A DNA stretch of 64,000 nt from Azolla caroliniana (taxonomy: Eukaryota > Plantae > Polypodiophyta): assembly GCA_043228905.1 (NCBI GenBank), contig JBHGNT010000011.1, positions 19,282,001-19,346,000 on the forward strand, written 5' to 3'. Below are positions 52,841-64,000 of the stretch, one piece after another (the stretch's first letter is position 1; the number at the start of each line of letters is the position of its first letter). Both the position numbers and the translations under genes were made by a program. The notes under the pieces were generated by a model. That model saw only the letters and a list, made by a program, of their open reading frames with translations, did no database searches and was not told the DNA's origin.

Positions 52841-52891
52841 GATGGTGATGATGTTATGTGACATTGATGTCATGATGGTTGTTGTTGCCAT
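49706..52891 (-). CDS. DEG5: Thylakoid-lumen Deg/HtrA serine protease without PDZ domain (DEG5-like), 8 exons
   Basis: Exons 52592-52891, 52056-52202, 51702-51764, 51035-51124 (GC donor), 50781-50903, 50416-50503, 49894-49968 and 49706-49812. It has a Ser-rich transit peptide and a twin-Arg signal (HRRALIAGLFSLA). Motifs are GTGSGFVWD, the triad TNYHVV / HDLAVLK / AINAGNSGGPL, and SSGVNFAIPID. The stop follows the protease domain directly, so there is no PDZ domain. Confidence 0.92.
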
Positions 52892-54956
52892 GGATGGGCA
52901 TGAATGAGAGGGAGAGAGGCCATACATATATATATATATATATATATGTACATACATACTTTGATGAGCACCACTATTTCCTAGGGCTTGACTCTGAGCC
53001 GGCATGACTCTTGACTCATAACTCTTGACTCTCGCTCATGGTATCCGACTCTTGGCTTGTCGCCCAAATCGGCTAAATTTTTGGATGTCGATTGTCCGCC
53101 GCACGCCTCGACTTCTTCAAATCTGCGAGAGGACAAAGACCTGATGTGGTTCAAAACTAGAGCTATGTTCGATGATGGGCCTTTTTTCACGACGACCGAA
53201 TGCCATGCTCATCATTAATCGCCACATGGGTTCACCTTTCGATTGGGAATATGGGACGTGTGGCATCCATTCTCAAGGTTCACTTGCTAAGGACGAGTTT
53301 CATGGTTTCTTTTTGTATCTTGTTGTTTACATCGCTAGTCTCTAATGGCAAGAATCCTAGCCTCTTAAGAAAGTGAATTTGAAATAAGCATCACCAAGGT
53401 TTAGTACAGTTAATATCATTGTTTGGTGCATAAATGCAAATGAGACGTTATTATTCTTTCCTCCCTCACGAGTCATGATCCCATTATGATTTGTGGTAAA
53501 TTCACTTTGAACCAATCACCATAGGTTTCGATCTATCCCTCTCAAGAAGGATGACACAAGAACAATGTCCTCCATCAACTCCAACATAACACATGCAACA
53601 TTCTAGATATTTTGGTTGCTCCAACATAAAGACGAATTCATGATTACTATACCTTTGTTTTTCTAATCAAACACATATTGAATTTGGTAACTTGTTCGTA
53701 TATAACATTTTGAAATAGTGCCTTCACATTGTGCTTTAATATGTAGTCTATTGTTTACTATCCAAGTTAACATAAATAAGATTGGAAGAAACTTCATTGT
53801 GTGCCTATAGAAGTAAATGTTAAAAGATCTATGTAAATTATTCTAGCCTTTTGAGTTGGCCTAGTATCCCAAAATTGAAAGTATATGAGTGAGCAATGTA
53901 AATACATATGTAGATATGATGCACTTCCTAGTCCCTTTTGGTAAGGTAGATCATCTTCTATTTATTATCCTATCATTACACTAGAGTTCATGGCCTAACA
54001 ATAGCTAGTTTATTTCAAGAGCGACCACCATATCCAATCATAACAGTGGCCAACCATCATGTTAAAAGTTATTTGCATAGCAATTACCAACTTGTTCAAG
54101 GGAAACATCCTCTTCATACTATTCTAGATACCCTCAAATTCTAAACCTAACGATGGCTAGTTTCTTTTAAGGTTACAAAGAAACAAGGTCTTGACAACCA
54201 CCCTACCAAGCCTCCCAAATGACTATGGTAATGACCAACTTGTTGGCCTAATCTAGACTAACATGCTCTAGACATACCATATCACTATGGTCTCGACTCC
54301 TGACCAATCTGCATGACTACTGGCCAAATGATGGTGACCAGTTCTTAGTTGGACAAGTTTAGTTTGGACATATGGCACGAATACAACCACCTTGTCAACA
54401 AGGTCTATCAGGTCTGGCGTTGACATCTCAATAATGATTGTTTTGTCAGCCACAATCTAGACCTATAGAACTATAAGGTCAATGTTTTAGTACCATTCAA
54501 AATATTGGCACTTTGTCCAAACATACGGATCGACCTCCATGTCAGCTCAATCTACATGGCTTTGGTATGGACATATCCATCACAATCACATTGTTGGCCA
54601 CAATCTAGCAAGACTTTGTACCAATACTCAAGTACATCAATGTGTATGTTTGGAGCTAGTAAGACTTGTACTTGTACTTTGACGATATTCTGGATGCGTA
54701 AATCCTTCACAATGCATATTCTCATTAAAATATTGACATTGAAATGTCTCTGTGTAAGTTGTATGAGTCATACTAGGTTCGCCAAGAACTAAGGTAAAAC
54801 TCCATTGTTTCAAAGAATAAAAGAATGCCATGATGGCAATGTACATAATAAGACGACCATGATCATATTGTAAGGACCCTTATCCACTTGTACAAATAAT
54901 CATGTGTGTGTTTTCATGACCTTTATATGATTAATCAAATGAATGATGTGGGGGAT

Positions 54957-57900
54957 TCAGAACATATCCAAGCAAGAACATGATCCATTCCTGAAGTGAT
55001 GGATACAACAATTATCACGAAGTATGATTTCTCGTTTCTCAATCCTTGAGATAATCTTTGTAGCATCATGACAATTACTACACATCCGTAAATTCTTTGT
55101 TACACGCAAAGTCTCCCCCTGGGGAGTGTTAAGGAGGCCAAATGCTATAGCCAACTTCTCAGCATGTATGCATAACAATGACTTTTTCCTTACATCACTC
55201 AGAGCCCTAGGAACCAAATCAAGGTTCGGAACATGACCTTCACCCTGTAACCGAAAGCTAAAGAAATCGATCAGCGATGAGATTTTCTGGTTTTCTGTGC
55301 TCCCAACCACAAACTCATGCACCTTCTTGTCCACCTCTATCAAAGCTAAAGCAGCCTTCTTTTTTACCCCTCGGCTTTTTCGCATCTCCTCTATCCTATA
55401 AGCATCATCCATTCTTCCTGAGTTTGAATAGATTTCTGCCATGAGCACATACCAAGCAGCATCCTCAGGTTTCATCACAATAAGCATTTCAAAGCATCTC
55501 AGACCGAGCTCTGGATCTCCATAGGTCCGGCAAGCATTGAGCAACACTGCCCATGTTCTCTCCGATGGTGGTAGCAATTCCAGAAGCCTCTCTGCTTCAT
55601 TAAGTTGGCCTAATCTTGCAAGAAAATCTATCATACATGTATAGTGCTCCACAGTTTGCTCTATACTAAAGACTTCATTCATCTCGCGGAAGTACTCTTT
55701 ACCTCTATTCGCAAGACTCACATGTCGGCATGCGTTCAGAAGGCATGTGAATGAAACAGCATCAGGCTTTATACCATGCTCTTGCATGGCTTCAAAGCAT
55801 TGTATTGCCATTTTACCTTGATGATTTAGACCATATCCAGCTATAATAGAGCTCCATGCCACAACATCGCGATCTGGTAAACTTTCAAATACACCATGTG
55901 CATCTTGTGTTGACCCACATTTTGCATACATGTTGATCAAACTATTCCCAACAGATAGATCGTCTTCCATTCCTCTTTGTATCACTTCTTGATGTATCTC
56001 TTGTCCCGTCCGCATAGCTCCTACACAACCACAAGCTTTCAAAACACACGCAAATGTATCTGAATGAGGAGTGACACATTCCAACATCATCTTCTCATAA
56101 AAATCAAGCGCTTTTTGACCAGTTCCATGTTCGGCATATCTTGCAATCAGTGAAGTCCAGCCCACAACATTGTGAGTTGGCATCTTGTCAAAGACTTTTT
56201 GAGCATCAATAACCAGTCCACACTCAGCATAAAGGCAAACTAAGTTGTTTATAATGGGAATATCTCCATCAAAACCCTTCTTTACTATCTCTATATGTAT
56301 GTTCTGCCCCTTGCCTCTTGCAACCGTGCTAGTACAAGCCCTCAAACAGCAAGAAAGGGTGACAACATCTGCAGATTCACCACTCATAAGCATTCGTTCA
56401 AAGGAATTCAGTGCCTCTTGAGCATGGCCAGTATCTAAATATGCTGATATCAATGCAGTCCATGATACCACTTCATGGACTGGCAACATATCAAACACCT
56501 GTTTTGCCTTAGAAAGAAAGCCACAACGACTATACATGTCAATTATGCTACTACCCACCAAAGGATCTGTCTCTAACCCATCTTGTATTACCAGTGAATG
56601 AAGCTCTTGGCCCTTTTCAAGGTTTGCTGAATGGCCACAAGATTTCAACACACAAGCTAGGACAAATGCATTGGCTGAAACCCCATCTACTTGCATGTGA
56701 CTAAACCACTTTAACACTTCTTCATTTAGTTCACGTTCGGCATATCCAGTTATAAGTACAGTCCATGATACAATATCCTTGATCAGCAAATTGTTGAATA
56801 ATTGTTGAGTTTCAGAAACCGAGCCAAGTTTTGAATACAAATCGATCAATGTGTTTCCAATCTGGCCATGTTTCTCATATCCACATGTGACTATGTCTCT
56901 GTGCAATTCATGGCCGATGTTTATATCTGCAATACCAATGCAAGCTTTCAAGGCACAAGCATAAAGATTTGGCTCAGGAGTCATGCCTTCAACTTTCATC
57001 GATTCAATACACTTTAATGCATCCTTGTCACATCCATTTTCGACATACCCTGATACTATTGATGTCCACGAAATAATATCTTGGGATTTTGATTGACTTA
57101 ACACTTTCTCTGCATCTGGGAAGAATCCACATCTTGCATACATGCTTATCAAGCTGTTTCCAACAGATAGATCACTCTCCAGCCCTTTGCATATAATATC
57201 CATATGTAATGTTAGCCCATTTTCCAATGCCTTAAGGCTAGCACAAGCTTTTAAGATGCAAGAGAACAAGGTGGTATCAATGAAAGCATTGATAAGTCTC
57301 ATTTCTTCAAAGCATGTCAAGACTTCATGAAAATGACAATGTTCCACATACCCTACAGTAAGTGCTGTCCAGGAAACCGTGTCTTTAACTGTGAGCTTCT
57401 CTAATACATGCCTTGCATCTAGCCATGATCCGCATTTTGCATACATGGCCAGCAAAGTGTTACTGGCAACATTTTCTCTCTCCGAACCAATGCATATGAG
57501 TTCCGAATGCAACTCTTGGCCCTTTGCTATCGCGTTTTTATTAGCACAACATGCCTTCAAAACACAAATAACCGTCACACTATTTGGATAGATCCCTTCA
57601 AAATGCATCTCATTGTAGTGTCTTAGAGCTTCTTCAGTGAAACCATGGTCAGAAAACCCTCCAATCATGGCAGTCCATGTGACCACATCTCGAACACCCA
57701 TAGTGTGAAACAAATACTCCGCTTCCAGAAATAATCCTCCTCTTGCATACATGCTGATGAGAGTGTTTCCAACAGATAGATCTAATTCCAAACCCTTTCC
57801 TATAATCTCCTTGTGTAGGTTTTGACCATTAAAAAGAGCTCCTGCATTACTACATGCTTTCAGTACACAAGAGAAAGTGAATGAATCAGGAGAAATGCCA

Positions 57901-58508
57901 TTCTTTTGCATCATTTCAAAAGAGCTCCATGCGTCTTTCTCATTGCTATGCTCTACATATCCATGGATCAATGAATTCCAAGTAGATAGCCGATGCAATG
58001 AGAGACCTTCAAATACATCTACAGCCTCATAAAGAGACCCACATTTTGCATACAAATTAACCAACTTGCTTCCCACACTATCCTCTCTATCAAACCCTTT
58101 GTAAGCAATTTGAGAGTGAATTTCTCGACCACAATCAATGTCTTTTAGCTGTGAGAATGCCTTTAACAGAGCAACGAGTGTGAAACTGGAAGAATCGATA
58201 CCATGATCCTGCATTTCCTGATATAGATCGAGGGCAAGTTTTGGTTTTCCATATTGGACGTGTCCATATATGAGAGATGTCCATGAATGTTCGTTCTTAT
58301 CAATCAATCTATTGAAAACTTTTTGAGCTTCAAAAACACTTTCACAATCAACAAAGAGAGGTACCAAGTGGTTTCCAACAACACTGTGAGAATCTAAACC
58401 ATTATTGCACGCAAAAGCATGTAAATGCTTAGCATAATCCAAATTCTTGAGTGTCCTACATCTTTGAAGGTTAAAGATGAGGCTGGCTATGGATGGCACC
58501 TCAGCCAT
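54957..58508 (-). CDS. PLS-class PPR protein with E1-E2-DYW domain of the DYW:KP subtype (candidate organellar RNA-editing factor)
   Basis: Single ORF; the first ATG is at 58508 (the ORF track starts at TTG 58517). Hand-parsed as L-S-(P-L-S)x8-P2-L2-S2 (29 PPR motifs), then E1, E2 and a 133-aa DYW domain: KAALALIEV...HAEKLAIAFGLLNTPQGETLRVTKNLRMCSNCH...RDNCCIHHFRNGSCSCLDMF. Confidence 0.95.
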   Translation of the reverse strand: MAEVPSIASLIFNLQRCRTLKNLDYAKHLHAFACNNGLDSHSVVGNHLVPLFVDCESVFEAQKVFNRLIDKNEHSWTSLIYGHVQYGKPKLALDLYQEMQDHGIDSSSFTLVALLKAFSQLKDIDCGREIHSQIAYKGFDREDSVGSKLVNLYAKCGSLYEAVDVFEGLSLHRLSTWNSLIHGYVEHSNEKDAWSSFEMMQKNGISPDSFTFSCVLKACSNAGALFNGQNLHKEIIGKGLELDLSVGNTLISMYARGGLFLEAEYLFHTMGVRDVVTWTAMIGGFSDHGFTEEALRHYNEMHFEGIYPNSVTVICVLKACCANKNAIAKGQELHSELICIGSERENVASNTLLAMYAKCGSWLDARHVLEKLTVKDTVSWTALTVGYVEHCHFHEVLTCFEEMRLINAFIDTTLFSCILKACASLKALENGLTLHMDIICKGLESDLSVGNSLISMYARCGFFPDAEKVLSQSKSQDIISWTSIVSGYVENGCDKDALKCIESMKVEGMTPEPNLYACALKACIGIADINIGHELHRDIVTCGYEKHGQIGNTLIDLYSKLGSVSETQQLFNNLLIKDIVSWTVLITGYAERELNEEVLKWFSHMQVDGVSANAFVLACVLKSCGHSANLEKGQELHSLVIQDGLETDPLVGSSIIDMYSRCGFLSKAKQVFDMLPVHEVVSWTALISAYLDTGHAQEALNSFERMLMSGESADVVTLSCCLRACTSTVARGKGQNIHIEIVKKGFDGDIPIINNLVCLYAECGLVIDAQKVFDKMPTHNVVGWTSLIARYAEHGTGQKALDFYEKMMLECVTPHSDTFACVLKACGCVGAMRTGQEIHQEVIQRGMEDDLSVGNSLINMYAKCGSTQDAHGVFESLPDRDVVAWSSIIAGYGLNHQGKMAIQCFEAMQEHGIKPDAVSFTCLLNACRHVSLANRGKEYFREMNEVFSIEQTVEHYTCMIDFLARLGQLNEAERLLELLPPSERTWAVLLNACRTYGDPELGLRCFEMLIVMKPEDAAWYVLMAEIYSNSGRMDDAYRIEEMRKSRGVKKKAALALIEVDKKVHEFVVGSTENQKISSLIDFFSFRLQGEGHVPNLDLVPRALSDVRKKSLLCIHAEKLAIAFGLLNTPQGETLRVTKNLRMCSNCHDATKIISRIEKREIILRDNCCIHHFRNGSCSCLDMF

Positions 58509-58740
58509 ACCAATCAAAAGAAAATGAAGAAAATATTAGACATAGATTATGTTGTTATTTACCTTCTTCATGTGGATCTGTGGAGTGGGCAATCAGAATT
58601 CGCAAGTAACTTTGATGGATGAGATCAAACATGTGGATCTCCATCTGGGCAACTCTGATTTTCTCCCTTATTGTAAGTAATCATCTAAATGTTCCCCCAC
58701 AGGGGAAGAAGAAACACCTAACTTTGTTTTTTTGGGTATT

Positions 58741-58953
58741 TACCCGGATACCCCTAAGGTTTATGGAATCTTACTATAATTATTAATACCAGATACCAAG
58801 ATGCATCTACATTTTACCAAAACTTAGTTACAAGAATACCATCTAAATTCTTCTGAAACTTCTGATACCCCTAATCTTTTCAGAGATTATCAAATACCCT
58901 AGTGTATAAGAAATGTAGTAAGTGTTTTGTACTCTGGGGGTATATCTAGGTAA
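58741..58953. mobile_element. Small MITE-like element upstream of the PPR gene
   Basis: TACCCGGATACCCC at the left and GGGGTATATCTAGGTAA at the right form an imperfect inverted repeat, with internal ATACC repeats. Confidence 0.4.
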
Positions 58954-59049
58954 GTTGCTTTACTTTTTGCACCATCTAAGTATCTCTTCATAAAACTCGA
59001 AGGGCATTCCACCCAACCATATTTGGGTGTTTTGAGCAAACCTTGGTAA

Positions 59050-59900
59050 TGGAAGCTCGTAAATTGTCTCTCGAAGAAGTAAAGTTCAACTTTAAGATAT
59101 ACTAAGCTTCTTTTAAAACCATGAACACATCAATATTGGTCCTAATACAAACGGTTCTACTTGCCTTGGTATGCTTCAAATTCTCGACTTATAGTCTTGG
59201 TAAATATTCATTCTCCACATGCTTGAAGCCATACTTCCATTGTACTTTGCAAAGTTATTCTTCTGTAAGATCCAATGAACATTATCAAAAGAGGCGAGAG
59301 ATGAGAGGAATTCCTGAGAAACATGGGTGCAAGCTTTGAAGAGATGGCTTGGAAAATGGGGTGCATGACACTTGTTTTGTGAAATGTATGTAGGTTACAT
59401 TGTGAATGAGGCATTTTTGAACACCAATGTATCACAACTTGGGAAAGATGTGGAGGTTCAAATTGCAAAACAATATTCTTTTCCAAACAAAAAGACGACA
59501 CTCCTTTATACATGCTAGAACCCATCCCTCTGCATATCATCTACATCTTTGTGTACATACAACTCATGAATACAATTTAAGCCCATCCCTATCTCTATCA
59601 TCTATACCATTATATACAAGCAACTCATTGATATATTCTAGAGCCCATCCTTGTCTTTATCGTCTACACTATTGCATCCATACAATGTAGCTCCTACTCC
59701 CTTCAATACGAGATACAAACTCAAGCACATGTGAGGAGATTCATAATTTATGCATATTTCTCTTTGAACAAGTCCACAAGTTTCATAAACATGTCCATGG
59801 ATCAGAGTACCACGTTGTGGGCCCATTTGAGTTTGCATTCCATAGTTCATCAATTCGAGTCAACTCTATACACATTTCTCTCACAATGACACTATCAATT
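59050..59900 (-). mobile_element. Degenerate LINE remnant (tentative)
   Basis: The minus strand at about 59700-59750 reads KL*ISSHVLEF, like the LINE C-terminal motif LR.SSH.LE. Confidence 0.35.
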
Positions 59901-61904
59901 GTTCCTTATAACTCAGCTCCAAACACACTACTTGAAAATATTTTCCATTTGGTCCCATATGGACAACATAAAATTCTCTGTCAGTTGTCTATCTAAATTG
60001 GTCAAGAAATAAACAGAAGGTGTCAACAAAAGATTCAAGAATAATCAATCTTATTCGAAATATCGAGGGTTACATGTAGCTAATATCAAAGATCATTATT
60101 TACAAAATAGAAATATCCTAATCAATGTTGTATAACTTATATAGGTGTGAATGTGAACTATTTTGTTTCTAAATATAAAGGTACATTTTTTCATAAAGGT
60201 AAAGATCTTAAACATAATAGAATATGCAATCCAGCCATTCGCGCAATCATGTAATCTTGCTTGGTGCTCATGATATTGTCTCCTCCTCTAGTGAAGATTT
60301 TTAGGAGGAGTGGGTTTGCGTGGGTGCCAAAGGTAGAACTCATGGAGCAAATATTTACCAAGATATTAAACTAGTTTCACGTGTAGCTTTCAACAGTAAG
60401 TAACATTTTCATGAGATTAGATACCATAGTTGGCATCTTGATCTTTTTGAATACAAGACCCCATTGACCTAATTCTAATCTATGTCCTTCATTTCCATTA
60501 TAGAGACACTTTAGTTGGTAATAATGCATCATGGTTTCACATTTTTTGATCCACAATGTGATAATTTCTAAAGTTGAAGGAACTTGTAAGATGTTTTGAG
60601 CTAAAGCAGTGTGAAATGTAGCTAACTTATAAAAAATTGAGCTTATAATTATAGAATCGTGGTTATATGGTTGTTCATTATAACTTGGAGTGTTGTTGTT
60701 GTGGTGCCTCTTCATTGAATTAAAGTGGCGTGGTTTTGTAAATTGCTTAGAGTAAGAAATGAAATACATGTGAAATTAAAGTGGTGTGGCGCATTTATTA
60801 TTATTATTTTTTTTCCAAAAACATCTACTTCCATTAGTTAAGAATGTACAAAGGAATCATTTACAACTCATATCTTACAAGACATCTTGCATGTCAAAGG
60901 AAAACAATGTGTAGATGAAACAACATAAAAAAACAACTCCAAAACACCACATCATTCTATGTGTATAGCATTACTCGAACACATATTCTCCACGTGAGCC
61001 TCATACAAAACAGAATTCAGCATAGATGTCCTCCATTCGCTCCTCATGGCAACAATTACAGCAATATGCAACAAACATTTATGTACATTATAAATATGCG
61101 CAATAATAAATATTCACTTCCGCTCTACTCAAATGCATTTGAAACATCATATCGTCATCTCATCTAAGGAGATGGAAAATACCATTAAAATTTTAAATAG
61201 AAGTACTTCGCTTGCTTGTTTTGGGGGCATCACTAACCAACACTATAAAGTTCTATATGCATTAAAAAAAAGCTATCTTGCATGGGTTATAAGGAGTCTT
61301 ATCCTAACACAAATAAATGATGAAATATTCTCGAATTGATCATTGTTCACTGCCCACTAGTTATTTAGTACCACATACTTGAATACTTTGATGATGTCAT
61401 CACTCAAGGATTATGAATTGTGGTCTCGATCACATTACATATGTCATGTCTCAAGTTAACTTTGAGATAGTGATGCTGCCTTGAATCATATTACCCATGG
61501 GCTTATTGGGGATTTCTAAAATTTTGGGGTTTCATGTGTTATCATTGACTTTTCATAAAACTATGATGAGCGATATATCATGACTAAATTTCGGGAAAGA
61601 GGGAGAAATAGATAGAACAAGACTAAGCCCTCAATGACAAAAATTGAACTTTGATTCACTCAAAATTGTGTTTGTGATGCTTTGATGTCAACTACCAAGC
61701 GAGATCAATGTGGACTTTGATCCATAGGACGAGCCTAAGCCCTCAGCGAGACAAGGATTGAACTTTGATTCACTCAAAATTGTGTGAGTGATGGTATGAG
61801 GTGAATTACTAAGAGATGTCATTGTGAAAAAAAAATGGAGATAAGATATGAAACTGAACTATTATCTTCCATCGGGAGCCAACATTCTTGCTCTATTGGG
61901 GGAA

Positions 61905-62060
61905 AAACAAAAACGGTTCATCTAGTTGTTATCAAGCTGCTAGGAATCGGCAACGGCTCGGTTAGGCCCAAAAAACGGTTTGGTTCGGCTTGAGCCATCC
62001 CAAAACCGAGCTCAAACCGGTTAGGGAAGCTTAAACCTGAACGGAACCGAACCGAACCAT
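61905..62060. repeat. AACCG/CGGTT-rich MITE-like or promoter repeat cluster
   Basis: CGGTTTGGTTCGG, AACCGAG, AACCGG and AACCGAACCGAACC in both orientations; the same motif family as 28060-28250. Confidence 0.55.
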
Positions 62061-62140
62061 CGCCTACTCCTCTGAGTAGTGAATGTTAGTGAAGTCTGTC
62101 TGTCTGTCTGGTGGATAAGAGCAGAGTAGGAGCTTCTTCC

Positions 62141-62456
62141 ATGGAGGTGAGGTACAGAGTAGGAGGTTCTTCCATGGAGGTGAGGTGCATGTGTAGCAGG
62201 CACCATGCCCACACCCATGCTTCCTCCACCATCGCCCTCTCCTCTCTTCGCCATCCCCACAGCACCTCCCGTCTGCGGCCATGGACCTCCCCCATCTCCC
62301 TGCGTGCCTCCATCGATGATGCAGACGATCGCACGCTGCTTTCCCCCGATGAGAAAGCGAGGCTGTCTCTGCGCGACCTCGACGATCGCCTCGCAGAGCT
62401 CAGCCAGAGGCCCAACATCCCTGCGAATCCCCCTCCCCGCGTTACCTACGTGACAG
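62141..62456 (+). CDS. First exon of an uncharacterised, probably plastid-targeted protein (the gene continues beyond the recognisable sequence)
   Basis: GC-rich open frame with a Ser/Arg/His-rich transit-like N-terminus, then ASIDDADDRTLLSPDEKARLSLRDLDDRLAELSQRP. It ends at a good donor (ACAG|GTTAGG). The start is ATG 62141 or 62174. No further exon was identified in the window. Confidence 0.6.
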
Positions 62457-62520
62457 GTTAGGGTTCGCACACTTCTTGTTCCATGGTTCCTTTCCTTCCT
62501 TTTCCACAGCCCCAATTGTG

Positions 62521-62538
62521 TTTAGGGTTTAGGGTTTA
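62521..62538 (+). promoter_or_regulatory. Telo-box / (TTTAGGG)2 in the first intron
   Basis: TTTAGGGTTTAGGGTTTA about 65 nt downstream of the first donor. The donor itself reads GTTAGGGTT. Confidence 0.55.
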
Positions 62539-64000
62539 TATATGTGGTATGTGCATAGTAGTGTTGTTATTCACATATATATCGATATGAAACGGTACGC
62601 TTTAGTGATTTTCAATTCCTCTCAATTATTCTGACTAAATAAATGTAGCTATCCATCGTTTCTTTTGATTAATCCATCAATACAACTCCATTCTAGATGA
62701 TTAAACGTCCGATCTTCTACCTTCATCAAACACCAAATCTCTTGTTTTCATTTAATCCCAACGAGTGATATATATCCTTTGTCACTCCAATCATCATTTA
62801 TTGCCAAAATATTTGATCGCTTCCTGCAACGAATCCCTCTTCATTTACTTATTAAATGTCTGATTGGTCATAGATCTACAGGCTCAGAATACTACTTACA
62901 GCTCTTGTTAAGTGTACTTAAAGCACCCGGTCAATGAAAGACTTTGTAGCGATAAATCCATCTCAATTACTTTAATTTAATCTTTCAATTTCCTCATTTC
63001 CAATGAAATGACTTAAACTAAACATTCAAATTCTACTTTCCAATGATTCCCTCCATTTCTGTCTCTCTCATTTACTTCAAGTAACTGTTCAATTAATCAA
63101 ATGATTAGTCCCTCTGTATTCTTTATGACCAATGCCTGTCCATTATTCCCAATGACTGGCTATAATTGAATGCTCCATTTGTTGTTTTTCACAGTTAATC
63201 CCTCTCCGTTGCGTGGTTTAATCCACGCATTGGTTTATCGTGATCACCCTAACTAAATCGAAAAATTAAAACAACCATTCATCATTTTGCACAATCAATC
63301 AGTCTAATTAAGTGTGCACTTGATCATTTTGTTGTGAACAATTGTTCTCGAATACCCAAACTGAAACATCCAATTGGTCATTTCTTGATCGTTTGTTTCA
63401 TTACACGTAATTGTCCATCTTGTTACAACCCCAAAGGGCCGATTCTCAAAATAAAATCATTAGGGGGGTGAAAAGGAAGAGAGAAACAATTGTGTATATG
63501 TAGTGATGATCATATGGGCAATGGGTTATGCCCAATGGAAACAATTGTGTCAATTTTTTAAAATGTTATAGGAGAAGTTTTGAGCATAACCAAATTATGA
63601 ATCGAGGTCATCATTTGACAATATTGGCACATCCTAATGATAAACTTATGGAGTGATGGTCTTTATATTGCATGCTCTACCTCTATTTGGTTAACTACTT
63701 ACCAATCCACACAAAACCTTGGTTACAGATTATGATCAACCATGCTTATAATCAACACATTTCTGTTCACAAGAACTAGTGACTCTTATGTCAAAACATA
63801 GTAGCCAATTATCCATCCTCTCTAGCAATATTCGTAAGTGATATTGCATCCATATGCTTCAACATAATATCCTTGTCTTGTGTATGATGTAACCTCATAA
63901 GCTCAATTGTATTGTCACTAGAACAATAATTAATTAATTGTTAATTCTTTCCAAACTTCTAATGTTAAAACCATTGCAATAACTTGACATTTGTAGAGGA

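Noticed and set aside
3481-58508. Possible functional gene cluster or operon
   Set aside because: The genes (ML, SHMT, IFT57, PLC, FBL14, DEG5, PPR) are functionally unrelated and in mixed orientation, with no sign of a biosynthetic cluster or horizontal transfer.
62021-62515. Minus-strand ORFs of 164, 110 and 72 aa
   Set aside because: Shadows of a GC-rich plus-strand exon that has a clear donor and a transit-peptide-like composition.

Overview
AT-rich, intron-containing land-plant nuclear DNA. It is most likely from a fern (inference): it combines an intraflagellar-transport gene, which implies flagellated sperm, with a DYW:KP-type PPR editing factor. Splicing the exons by hand gave seven complete genes and one partial gene. 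These are an ML/MD-2 lipid-recognition protein (+, 3481-4460), mitochondrial SHMT (+, 7905-13738, 15 exons), IFT57 (-, 16239-26959, 16 exons, barely visible in the ORF track), an atypical PI-PLC (+, 36667-44065, one GC-AG intron), an intronless FBL14-like F-box/LRR (+, 46505-47911), DEG5 protease (-, 49706-52891, one GC-AG intron), a 29-repeat PLS-PPR-E1-E2-DYW:KP protein (-, 54957-58508) and the first exon of an unknown, probably plastid-targeted protein (+, about 62141). Between and inside these genes are nested LINE fragments, Copia/LTR remnants, MITE-like elements and many local tandem duplications. The top finding is the DYW:KP PPR, a candidate reverse (U-to-C) RNA editor. Next are the PLC with altered inositol-phosphate-binding residues, a duplicated terminal exon of IFT57, and a recurring pattern of tandem duplications that copy splice donors in three different genes. 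All calls come from manual translation and recalled family motifs; no searches were run.
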